64,000 nucleotides of DNA. Origin: Eutreptiella sp. 'Long Island Sound 2002'. Taxonomy: Eukaryota; Protista; Euglenida. The notes beneath the pieces are model-generated. The model saw nothing but the letters and a program-made list of their open reading frames with translations, did no database searches and was not told the origin of the DNA. Below, piece after piece: positions 51,485 through 61,929 of this stretch; positions within the stretch are counted from its first letter, which is position 1, and every line of letters begins with the position of its first letter. The translations under genes and the position numbers were made by a program. The stretch is taken from contig OZ038379.1 in NCBI GenBank assembly GCA_964036045.1, positions 7,378,001 to 7,442,000 on the forward strand, given 5' to 3'.

Positions 51485-52290
51485 TTCGCGAGGCACGAAT
51501 GGAAGCATGTCCTCGTCAGAAATAGTTGACGTATGACGTACGAAGCCGTCTCGTACGAAGCCGTCTAAGTGAGAGTTCGCGACCTCGTCGAGGCACTCTG
51601 AGCGATGAGAGCTAGCCACGTCTCGGACCTCTTGAACGTTGAAGGAATCCGTCTGGTGGCAAGCCACCACGTCGGTAGGCACGTCGGAGTGATCGTTGAA
51701 AACAGACAACCCGTACTTGGAAATGGTCCGGGCCAACACGTGTATCTCGTCACCAGCAATCAAATACAGAATGGGAATCCCCCGAGCTCCCAGCTCCCCC
51801 GAGTCTCGCTTTGCCTGCTTCCCCAAGCGTAGCTCGGGGCATAAAAAGGTACGGCGGATCCCCCAAAATTCGCTTCGCCTGCACGGCTCCCCCAAGCGCA
51901 GCTCCGGCCATAAAAAGGTAAGGCAACTCCCCCGAGTCTCGCTTCGCCTGCAAGGCTCCCCCAAGCGCAGCTCTAGGCATCTCCACAAGTCCCATGTTCT
52001 GGTGGAGAGACCTTGAGCAAAAAGGTAAGGTGAAGGCACACCCAACAAAGAGCAAAGGTAAAGGTCAGAGGTAAAAGGTCAAAGTGCACACAACAAAGAG
52101 CAAAGGTCAAGTTCCAAGGTCAAAGGTCACAAGGGTGCAAGTCAGTTTGGAGATGATGCAGGTCACTGTGGAGAAGGTGTAACTGACAGCAAGCAGTAAA
52201 GGCAAAAGAAAGCACCTAGCAGCCTACAATGCGACGACCAAACATGCCAACTAATTTGCCTAACTGCAATAATTATGTATTATGTATACA

Positions 52291-53607
52291 TGAACTAACA
52301 AGCGTAGCGTCATGACACAAGAACTTTTGCGGAGTAGCTGCGGAGTAGCGGCACGAGCAGACAATTGGGTTTACGGTGGGTGCAAAAGTATTGAAATGCC
52401 CTCCCTTTAGCATTTACAGCATGAGGGCAAACACCTACGTACTATGCAATTGAACTTTATGACACTTGCTACTAACATCGGTGCTTGCACTCCATCATTT
52501 TGCGTTGATTCCAAAGCACAATATGCGGGTGAGACACATGCAGCCCATCCATATCCTCAAAGCTTCACGATGCGTGACACTCAGATGGTTTATGTTCATC
52601 CTTGCTTCAAGAGACAAATACAAAACCTTAAGGCTCCCAATTAGGAGGTGTGTTCAAATTCACCCGGATAGTACATGGAAGGGTGAATTGTACAACACAA
52701 TGCAAAGCAAGCGAGCAGCGCTCAAAAGCTCAAAGACATGGAACTCGATATAGACAGCAAAATGCGGTGCCCCATGTGCTGCTGGTCTCAACACCAATAA
52801 TCTGATGGGGGGCACGGTACAAAAGGGATTGAAAACAGGAAAATGGACGACCCTTGGACGTCTCAGTTTGAATGGCATCGCATCTATACCATAAACAATT
52901 TGTCATTTGGGGCACGCCAACTCTTCGGCAATCGCGAAGTCTCCCGAGGCAGAAGGAATACCTTCTCGAGCCTTCCGTAGGATGGGATCAAAATTTTACC
53001 CGCGCCCGCAAGGGTCGGCCAAAACCAAAACCAAACAAAACCAAAATTTGGTGCCACGCACAGGTTAGCAGCTGCTACAAGCGGAAAAGTAAGGATGCGG
53101 GCTTCAATGGGGGAGAGCTGATGAAAATGTTCTCAAATAAAATGCATCCGGGCTGCACCCGTGACAAGTGGTAAAAGAGCCTTCTCCGTTCTCAAATTGT
53201 GCAATGCCAGTAAGGGAAACCACTTCAAGTGATAGCGACATCCACACGATGCAAGCCAATCCACCCTCCACCATTGAGTGCAAAAAGTCCAAGATATCGC
53301 ACTTTTGATGCCAATTCAAACGAAAGCGGATGGTTCGCCGCTGCTGTGCATAGCGCATGACGTCGTGCCTGCAAAATCGTTCAAAAACCCAGTTCAGCCG
53401 CAAACGGTGGTCACTAGCGAAAAAACATGAACACGACTCTCCAATACGGCCATGTGGTTGGTCGGCATGGCAAATCCCTGCTCTGGCACTCCCGGGAACC
53501 TAGTGACTTGGGAGGGAATGGGCCCAATTGTGGTGGTAGCTCACGTGTTCCCTTTGCAAGATTTTGTCCTTCATGCAAAACGGAAAATCTTTGAATCTTT
53601 GAATTGA
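52291..53607. repeat. Left arm of a long inverted duplication; carries the empty integration site at 52630/52631
   Basis: The reverse complement matches 55655-56690 joined to 61989-62328 almost base for base, apart from an extra segment of roughly 60-70 nt near 55745-55805 in the right arm. Confidence 0.95.
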
Positions 53608-56600
53608 GCCGCCAACCTAAGCTTGGTTGGGGTTTGGATACATGTGAAAAATCCCTAGATCATCGAACAAAGGTTCTGTACTCCGTTTCCCATCCGGAGC
53701 CCCCGTTTGGCGCGAAGATTTCCCCGACAACTTTACCACAAGAGCACACACCCGAGGCATTCGTTTAGGGGAATTAGACGCAAGGTTTTGGTGGAAGCCC
53801 CGTTTTTGGTGCGGGAACATGCATCGAGTTTACTGAAGACGTGCCGCGAGGTACATGTTGCTTCACGGATGAACTTGCCGTGACCGGCAGTGCTGAGGAT
53901 GGCCTGAAGGGAGACGGGGCACGCAGTTTGCGCTCTTGTTGCACCGTGAGAGCGTGTGCTGGTGAGGGTTGTACTTGTTGGGGTACATAGGCTCACCACC
54001 ACTAGCGGAACACCACTCCGCTGTTGGACAGAGTGTTTGCACTTCGTGCTGAAAGGGGTATTGCCGTGTGGATCCCCAAGGGAATGTGCATATCCCAAGA
54101 TGTTCCCTTCATAAAGTCCGTTCCGGACCCTGGCAACTCATTCCATTTGAAAAACTCCGTTCCAGCTAAACTCCATTCCATTCCATTTTGAAACTCCTAT
54201 CCCAAGATCTCGAATATTCTTGTCGTACTGCAGAATTTGTGTTAAATAAGGAATAATAATGGCCTCGGCCACCGCGGGCTTTTTTCCTTATCCTTATGTT
54301 CTAATAATGTGTTTTGTAGAGCCAGGATGTTTTCCTAATTTTCTAATGGAGCCCAACCTCAGGGATGTATTTTGATGTGTTCCTCATTCTTTGCTTCGCC
54401 GCCTTCGGCGGTATTGTTCCTTGAATGAATGCACATAAGCATGCATGGGCACAAAGCAGGCACAAAGCGTAAGAGGGAATTCTGAATGTGCTAAGCACGG
54501 CTAACCAAGGACGTGCAGCGAATCACGTCGCACATCTGCTCCCACCAAGTATGTCAGAGCCGACTTGTGCCGAGGCTGAGCCTTTTGGGCAGTGATCGAG
54601 TAAGGCAAGCCCAAGGCACCAAAACCAGAGCGGCAATTTCATGAACGCAAATTCGGGGTGCGAAGCACAAAAAGTTTTTTCCCACCTAGTGCTGTAGTGT
54701 GTCTCCAAGCACTTGTTGTGGAATCCGTCCCCTGGAGTTGAGGCACCGGCACTTTAATGAGGATAGTGATGAGGATGATGAGAATGACCCAGCTTGGGTT
54801 GATTTCATGGTAGAGATGGGGAGGAAGATGAGGAGGTTCAAGAGGAGGAGGACGATGACAATCAATTGCCGACCAATCTTGCTGATTGATAGCTTTAAAG
54901 CTACTACCACCCGCGGTGGACGAAGTACATGCATTCGACCCAAGTACTCATGAGTTTAGTGTCACATGTGGACAACGCCGATGTTTTGGCTGCTGTCGGA
55001 TCTGTGGCAGATTGAAACTCAGGTATCACACCTGGGTGATCGATCAATCACTCTACTGTATATACAGGTCAACACAGTCAGGCACCGTTTTGGTGCCTTC
55101 GCGGTCCCCACAGTAGCCACAGAAACGGTCAAGCGGGTAACCGGGCAGATCACGGAGTGTCAAACCACCAGGTGCCAGTATGCAATTTGCAGCCTATAGG
55201 ACGCACTAGAGTTTTCACAGCGCAGATAATTCCCCGTAAATTCGCGGTACGTCTCTGGACGATGTCTGTGGTGGGGAGTTTTCGCACACAGCGCAGATAA
55301 TTCCCTGTAAATTCGCGGTCGTCTCTGGACGATGTCTGTGGTGGGGAGTTTCTGACACAAATTTCTGGGATGCGGCTAAGTAAGGGATAAGTCCCTTACT
55401 GAGCCGCGTCATCTTTTCTCCTCAGTACCTGACAGGACATTCAGGAATTGACACAATGTTGGAACCGGATTTTCTGGGATCACATTTCTGATTCTGATTT
55501 CTATCTATTGCAGAAATTTGGCAATTTCAGAATGCAGGCTAGGGGCCCAAAAAAAAGAAAAGTGAATGATGTTGATTGTTTCGACAGTGCTATCCCATTA
55601 AATGTCTAAATGTATCATTTCAATGAGACAATCCATGGTTATGCTTTTTTTTTATCAATTCAAAGATTCAAAGATTTTCCGTTTTGCATGAAGGACAAAA
55701 TCTTGCAAAGGGAACACGTGAGCTACAACCACAATTGGGCCCATTCTCTCCGTATGTCCCCATGGCCGTACCAAGAGGACGCAAAAGTTTCGCCGAGTCG
55801 CTTCTTCCTCCCAAGTCACTAGGTTCCCGGGGAGTGCTAGAGCAGGGATTTGCCATGCCGACCAACCACATGGCCGTATTGGAGAGTCGTGTTCATATTT
55901 TTTCACTAGTGACCACCGTTTGCGGCTGAACTGGGTTTTTGAACGATTTTGCAGGCACGACGTCATGCGCTATGCACAGCAGCGGCGAACCATCCGCTTT
56001 CGTTTGAATTGGCATCAAAAGTGCGATATCTTGGACTTTTGCACTCAATGGTGGAGGGTGGATTGGCTTGCATTGTGTGGATGTCGCTATCACTTGAAGT
56101 GGTTTCCCTTACTGGCATTGCACAATTTGAGAACGGAGAAGGCTCTTTTACCACTTGTCACGGGTGCAGCCCGGATGCATTTTATTTGAGAACATTTTCA
56201 TCAGCTCTCCCCCATTGAAGCCCGCATCCTTACTTTTCCGCTTGTAGCAGCTGCTAACCTGTGCGTGGCACCAAATTTTGGTTTTGTTTGGTTTTGGTTT
56301 TGGCCGACCCTTGCGGGCGCGGGTAAAATTTGATCCCATCCTACGGAAGGCTCGAGAAGGTATTCCTTCTGCCTCGGGAGACTTCGCGATTGCCGAAGAG
56401 TTGGCGTGCCCCAAATGACAAATTGTTTATGGTATAGATGCGATGCCATTCAAACTGAGACGTCCAAGGGTCGTCCATTTTCCTGTTTTCAATCCCTTTT
56501 GTACCGTGCCCCCCATCAGATTATTGGTGTTGAGACCAGCAGCACATGGGGCACCGCATTTTGCTGTCTATATCGAGTTCCATGTCTTTGAGCTTTTGAG

Positions 56601-56690
56601 CGCTGCTCGCTTGCTTTGCATTGTGTTGTACAATTCACCCTTCCATGTACTATCCGGGTGAATTTGAACACACCTCCTAATTGGGAGCCT

Positions 56691-56759
56691 CGTGTTTTGT
56701 GCTTGCTCAAAACACGGGTTTAACTTAATTACCTCTTCATTAGGCATTTGTCAGTTTGT
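56691..56759 (+). repeat. Split direct repeat A1 (5' terminus)
   Basis: 69 nt, with two mismatches to A2 at 61471-61539. Confidence 0.97.
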
Positions 56760-56771
56760 TCCCTTTTTGCC

Positions 56772-57629
56772 ATGTCTGGGCTTCACGGGAGCAGCGGGAT
56801 GCAAGAGGACGCAATTTTTGTGTCCGACGATTCACACGCGGAATCGGGTACGGCCAAGGAATTGGCCGAGTTGAAGGCCATGCTCCGTCGACAGGATGCG
56901 GAGGTGGAGCGCTTGAGGGTACAATTAGCCGCCACGGAGATTGAAAAGCGCAAGGACACGGAAATCCCGGACCTCAACTTGGATGGGATAGAGGAGTTTT
57001 TGAAGAAGGAAAGAGTCACGGTTTGGATGAAGGATGCATGTGCGGTATTAAAGAAGTATGGCACGGCGGTTCCGAAGCCGAGTAGGCCAGCAGACGTGGG
57101 AGGTAAGCAAGGAGAACAATTAAGTCTCGGAGATGCGTTGGCGTACAGAATGTGGAAAGTCCTCATTGTTGCACATGCGACTTACGTGAAGAGGTATTCG
57201 CCGGGACAAGCATCGGGGCCCAAAGGAAAGTCGGAAAATTTTGATGAGGCCATGGCGAGTGGCGGGGATTCCTGGAGATATATAACTGCTAAGATCTGTT
57301 CACATAGACGCGTACGTGTTGAAATCTCAACACGTACGCGTTGGTTTTTTCTTTGTTGGAAATTTGTCATTTTTCATGCAAAATTCATGTGTGGGGTATC
57401 ACCTTACCCAACCCAACCCCTCTTTGCCCTTTCCCTACACCACTGGGTGCCACTGCAAACATTGCCGACCGTAGGTCGCCTTCTCCCTCTGCAGAGTGTC
57501 CCGAAAACCATACTGAATTTCCCAAAACAAGAGTATTCAATTCAAGAAACGGGACGGGGTAGCCTACTGGTTATCCAAGGCCGGAGACTGGATACCGGTG
57601 GATGCACAACCCAGCGAAGATTGCCGTAG
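56772..57629 (+). CDS. Gag-like ORF1 of the YR retroelement (coiled-coil N-terminus); 3' part may contain an intron
   Basis: ATG at 56772, just after A1. Contains the heptad-like ELAELKAMLRRQDAEVERLRVQLAATEIEK. It occupies the first-ORF position of DIRS-order elements. No diagnostic motif. Confidence 0.65.
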   Translation: MSGLHGSSGMQEDAIFVSDDSHAESGTAKELAELKAMLRRQDAEVERLRVQLAATEIEKRKDTEIPDLNLDGIEEFLKKERVTVWMKDACAVLKKYGTAVPKPSRPADVGGKQGEQLSLGDALAYRMWKVLIVAHATYVKRYSPGQASGPKGKSENFDEAMASGGDSWRYITAKICSHRRVRVEISTRTRWFFLCWKFVIFHAKFMCGVSPYPTQPLFALSLHHWVPLQTLPTVGRLLPLQSVPKTILNFPKQEYSIQETGRGSLLVIQGRRLDTGGCTTQRRLP

Positions 57630-57774
57630 ATGCACGGCGGCGGGAAAGCTGGAGAACTTGCGGTACTGGTGTTTCCGGTGCCCATTGTGGTCGTGACGAG
57701 AAAACCCGTGGCGGTATCGGGATGCCGTCGCGGGGATCGAACCACCGGGAGAGCAGAGGCCGACGTACCGGTGG

Positions 57775-59415
57775 TTGGCGCTTGAGTTTGAGTCGCACCG
57801 ACGTGAGGAAGAACCCACAACACCTGTGGGTGTTGCAATTCGGGGTTGGAAGCCGTCTACGACGGCTGGATACGCGTCCAGTTTGCGAAGGTTGGGAGAC
57901 CTTGAGGAATCCTTGGGAGAAGAGGGCAACTTGCCTTCCATCCTATCTCGGAAACTCGCTCAGCACGTTCAAAATGGTGGCAGCTCAAGTGGGGCGAGAG
58001 GCATCATCTCGGTAGTGCGGGCTTGTGAAGACCTCCAAATGGCTGCAGGGGTCGTCAAACCACTGCATTGGCGGCTTGCTAAAGCGGGGGCCCAAGCGGG
58101 AGTCCAAGAATATGCAAGTCCTGTACTGCTGCGTCATTTGGTGGATAGAACGACTTCGGATGGCGAAAGGGCGGTCGTGGCAATGGCCCTGGTGTCATAT
58201 GTTTGTTTTCTTAGAGTGGCGGAGGCTGCTAGCGTACGTGTTGGGGATGTACGTGACAGCAGTTATTTGGTTTTTTGGAATAGTAAGACAGGACATGAAG
58301 GGTGGCAGAGGAGGCCGGTGCCTCCTTGGGTCAGGCCGTTTGTTGAGTGGCTTCACGACTGGGCTGAGGGACGAGGGTGCGCCAGGGACGACTTGCTCTT
58401 TCCTGCAGGGGCTCCTCAGCTCGAGAAAACAATGGCGGACTTGGTGCGTGGGACGGCATGGTCCCGACATCGGTGGCACTGTTTCCGACGTGGAGGAGCT
58501 GCAGCGTGCTGGAAGAGAGGACCGGCCCTGCCTCATTTTAAATGGTGGGGCAGATGGGCAGCAACGGCGACGGCAATGGCGTATGCGCTTGGGTACCGAG
58601 ATGAAGAGGTTGTGGCCCCGCTTTGTCTACCACAGGTTTGGGGTTCCGTATCAGCGGCAGCTTTCGCGGATCCGCAGCAAGTATGGGGAGACATCATGTT
58701 CGATGAGCGGCATCAGGACAAAAACCGGCCGGTGTGGGGCCGGAGCGAGCGACGCCGAGCAGCGCCCAGTATGTTCAGGGGTAAGAGATTTGCAGGGGAA
58801 CCGAGATCTGATGCGGCAGACTTGGGCAGTTCATCGGAGGACACGGGATCAGGAGTATCGGCCGATGATGGGCCGAGTGTGCGTTCGGGTGTCCGGAGGA
58901 CTGCAGAGGTTGTTCCAGCGCCAGAGGCAAGAAGGAGTTCAAGAGCAGGACCGACGATGGGGAGGCCAGGTGTCGCTGAGCGGGGACTTGCGGGTCCTGC
59001 CGGTCCACTCCCCAGCGGGGGATCGGATGCCAGCGATGCAGCGAGTGCTGGGCAGCAAGTGCCCGGCAATGGAGGAGAGAGGGCAAAGTTCAGATTCACG
59101 GCGCCGCCGCCGGGACGACCAAAGGCGCCAACGAAGTCGGGGCCATGGCGGTCAGCCGCTGAGCCTGCCCGAGGGCACCGAGGAGTCAAGCGTACGGTGG
59201 GTGGCAGAGCCCTTTCAGTACCAGCAGGCCGGAAGGGTGGCGCGGCGGTGGCGGTGGCGACGCCTTCAACGAGACGCCCGGTTACCACAAGGGTGGCGGG
59301 AGCTACACGACGACCGCGGCACAGCGATGGAGAGTCCGGACCGGGACGGAAGCGATCCAGGACTCTACCCAGTGGAGCCGGCAGCACCAGGGGGGGGGCT
59401 CGCCAGCAACGGTGA
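57775..59415 (+). CDS. Tyrosine recombinase ORF with a long Arg/Gly/Ser-rich C-terminal extension
   Basis: Catalytic R in FLRVAE, K in NSKT, HxxR in HCFRRGGA (58477), GRW, and the nucleophile Tyr in AMAYALG (58582-58584). Confidence 0.93.
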   Translation: MALEFESHRREEEPTTPVGVAIRGWKPSTTAGYASSLRRLGDLEESLGEEGNLPSILSRKLAQHVQNGGSSSGARGIISVVRACEDLQMAAGVVKPLHWRLAKAGAQAGVQEYASPVLLRHLVDRTTSDGERAVVAMALVSYVCFLRVAEAASVRVGDVRDSSYLVFWNSKTGHEGWQRRPVPPWVRPFVEWLHDWAEGRGCARDDLLFPAGAPQLEKTMADLVRGTAWSRHRWHCFRRGGAAACWKRGPALPHFKWWGRWAATATAMAYALGYRDEEVVAPLCLPQVWGSVSAAAFADPQQVWGDIMFDERHQDKNRPVWGRSERRRAAPSMFRGKRFAGEPRSDAADLGSSSEDTGSGVSADDGPSVRSGVRRTAEVVPAPEARRSSRAGPTMGRPGVAERGLAGPAGPLPSGGSDASDAASAGQQVPGNGGERAKFRFTAPPPGRPKAPTKSGPWRSAAEPARGHRGVKRTVGGRALSVPAGRKGGAAVAVATPSTRRPVTTRVAGATRRPRHSDGESGPGRKRSRTLPSGAGSTRGGARQQR

Positions 59416-60949
59416 CCAGCCCCTGGGCTCCCCCTTGAGAGTGCCTGGGATTCTGGGGGGTTGGGTGGGCACGGAGGCTGGCCTGCATCTTAAAGGTGGA
59501 ATTCTCCTGACCATCATGGCTGTGCTGACCCAACACTTCTGGTGGCTCAAGTGTAGGCTACAGTGTGCAGTAGGGGTTCTGGTGCGTCGTCTGTGGATAC
59601 TGTTGAATCGCATTATTTCTGTTTGTGAGGACTTTCGGTTGGATGAGCCACTGGGGATTTGCCTGATGGCAGTACAGTACCTCTCGCCAGGGGTTTGGGA
59701 TTCTGTTAATCACCTCTCCACCTCTCCCAAGCCTAGGGAAGCGAAGGTCACCCCGGAGATTTTGGAGGCTGGTATAGGTAATGTGGGGTGCTATGCGATG
59801 TCTGAAGCGGAATGGGATGCTGCGGTGCCCCCGGAGTTTTTGGAATTCATGAGAACTTTTGATCTGCGGGAGGCTGACAGGGGAAATGGGAGGGTGCGAG
59901 CAACGGTGAGTGGAATGACGGACGCCATTCGAAGGACTGGTGTTTTACATGATGAATCACCCTCTCTACCGCCAACCTGTTTTCCTTTTGTAATACCCAA
60001 AAATGATATTAAGCGCTCCTTGATTTTAAGTTGCGTGGGTATTCACAGGGGATTGCATCTCAAGCCACCAAAGTTTTCACTAGCGTCTTGGGAGGGAATA
60101 GGTAGATGGATGGCGGAGCAGCCGGCTGGGGTGGAACTGTACGGTACTCATATCGACCTCTCTAATGCCTTCTGGTCGTTCCTGTTACCCAGAAAAGCGA
60201 GGCGAATTTTCCGCTTCTTTACCCACCAGAAGGGGGGGCTCGTGTCGCTGGACCGCCTCCCGTTTGGGTGGGCCTTTTCGCCCTATCTGTGTCAGGAGAT
60301 ATTGGGGCGGGTGGTGGGAGATGCAGTGCCGGATGGGGTCTTTTTGGTGCATTACTTGGATGACTTTATTTTGTTATCCAGCGACAAACCCCTGCTTGGG
60401 ACAACCACGAGTCACTTGAAAGATCGTATCGTGCGGGCGGGATTCTTGGTTAGTGCTAAGAGCACACTGAGCCCCGTCCAGAAGCTACAGGCCTTGGGGA
60501 AGGTGGTTGATTTGAAAGAACGTTCCATCCAAGTGCAGCCTTTTGTGTTCCTCCAGTTCCTGGTTGCGTGGTTGCGACTGGCCACGGGGGCGTACTCGAA
60601 GCGGCGGCTGGACAAGCTGCTGGGTACCCTGCAGTGGCATTTAGGGCCACGACGCGGGTTTTCAGGGGTGCTCGCAGGAGCGTATGCCTGGTCGAGATTT
60701 GGACCGGAAAGGGCGCCAGCCACCCCTGTTAAAGTGTTGGAGGGATTGGCGACAGCAATTGCGCGCATAGGCCAGAAGTGGAGACCGCTGTCGGAGTCGC
60801 GCATGCGAAGGGTACGGCAGCTGGGAGGTTGGTGCCTCTCTGAAAGGCCGGCATCTAGAGGCGATTTGTTTGGGGCTGTGATATTGGTGGATGCCGCCAA
60901 AGACGGTGTTTGCTACAGGGTGGGTGGTGTGTTGCCTGCTAACCATTGA
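59325..60949 (+). CDS. Reverse transcriptase ORF (frame open from 58025; start approximate), continuing into RNase H across an in-frame TGA at 60947-60949
   Basis: Contains FVIPKND..SLI, HIDLSNAFW, LPFGWAFSP and HYLDD (YLDD at 60353-60364). The first RNase H Asp is in ILVDAAKDG. Confidence 0.93.
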
Positions 60950-61360
60950 CAGTCTGTGCGAACATGGGTATGCCCGGACGGACCCTGTAACCAGCAGGTG
61001 GCGGAGCTCATGGGCATAGCGTGGGCGGTGAGATTGGCGGTGCGGTTGGGTTGGAAGGTTTTCACTGTCTTCGCCGACAGTATGGTGGGCATTGCTCAGG
61101 TGAGGGGTTTGAAGGCAGCATCCCATCTGCGTACCCAGTTGCGTGTGTTGCGCGCACTGACGTGGGTGCTGTATAACACAGGAGTGATAGTACGTCTAAT
61201 TTGGGTGCCGTCAGAGCTTCATCCTGCCGATCCAATGAGTCGAGTGGACATGGATTTCGGGGGGCGGGTGCACCAAGCTGAGTTGGAGGCGTGGGAGAGA
61301 TGGCGAGTATTGCAGAAGTATCCTGAACTCTGCTGGGTGCAAGGCCTAGCTTATGTATGA
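60950..61360 (+). CDS. RNase H domain, same frame as RT
   Basis: NQQVAELMG (Glu), VFADSMV (Asp) and WVPSELHPADPMSR (Asp) are typical of DIRS-class RNase H. Confidence 0.92.
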   Translation, partial: QSVRTWVCPDGPCNQQVAELMGIAWAVRLAVRLGWKVFTVFADSMVGIAQVRGLKAASHLRTQLRVLRALTWVLYNTGVIVRLIWVPSELHPADPMSRVDMDFGGRVHQAELEAWERWRVLQKYPELCWVQGLAYV

Positions 61361-61411
61361 CGCCCACCTGGGTCGCGCCGCGGGTGTCAGAAGCCAGCCT
61401 GGTAAAGCTTT

Positions 61412-61539
61412 CCAGTGAGCCGAGGCAAGCATTGTTTAGTATTGTTTCGTGCATGCACTAGGGTTAAACTCGTGTTTTGAGCTTGCTCAAAACACTGGTT
61501 TAACTTAATTACCTCTTCATTAGGCATTTGTCAGTTTGT
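61412..61539 (+). repeat. Internal B1-A2 junction (copy of the joined ends)
   Basis: B1 (61412-61470) is identical to B2 (61930-61988). It is directly followed by A2, a copy of the 5' terminus. Confidence 0.97.
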
Positions 61540-61929
61540 CCCCCCCCCCCCCACCCCCTGCCACTAATCGGGGCGGGTTTCTGCCACACTTCATAGCTGT
61601 TTTGTGGAGTGGGAGCGGTGGGATGTCCAGCTTAAGAGCGACAGTAGTGGGCGCAGGGGGGGGGTTTGAAGGTGAGAGGGTGGCCTGCTCTGACCCCACC
61701 CACCCACCCCCTGCCGCGATTGAGTTACATCCGCGCATGACCAGCTATGATGGGCAGGGACGGGGCACTGTATGTTGAATGTATCTTTGCTTTCGTCGGC
61801 GGGACATGACAGAATACGCGGGTGAGTGAGTGCGTGAACGTGTGGGTATTGGTCGGGTCCCCTGCGGGGAGGCGAACGCTGTCGGTCACAACGATGTTAT
61901 ACTGGCCACTACGGTGGCAACTGAACAGG

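Noticed and set aside
51302-52048. 248-aa minus-strand ORF with a possible Walker B (LIAGDE)
   Set aside because: There is no Walker A or other supporting motif, and both ends of the ORF are made of local repeats.
52020-52140. Clustered AGGTCA nuclear-receptor half-sites
   Set aside because: This is a simple AAAGGTCA-type low-complexity repeat, and there is no evidence for such receptors in this organism.
61463-61504. Integron attC site (GTTAAAC fits GTTRRRY and GTTTAAC fits RYYYAAC)
   Set aside because: The boxes are in the opposite order to attC and the breakpoint is not at G^TT. Only the general folded-substrate analogy is kept.
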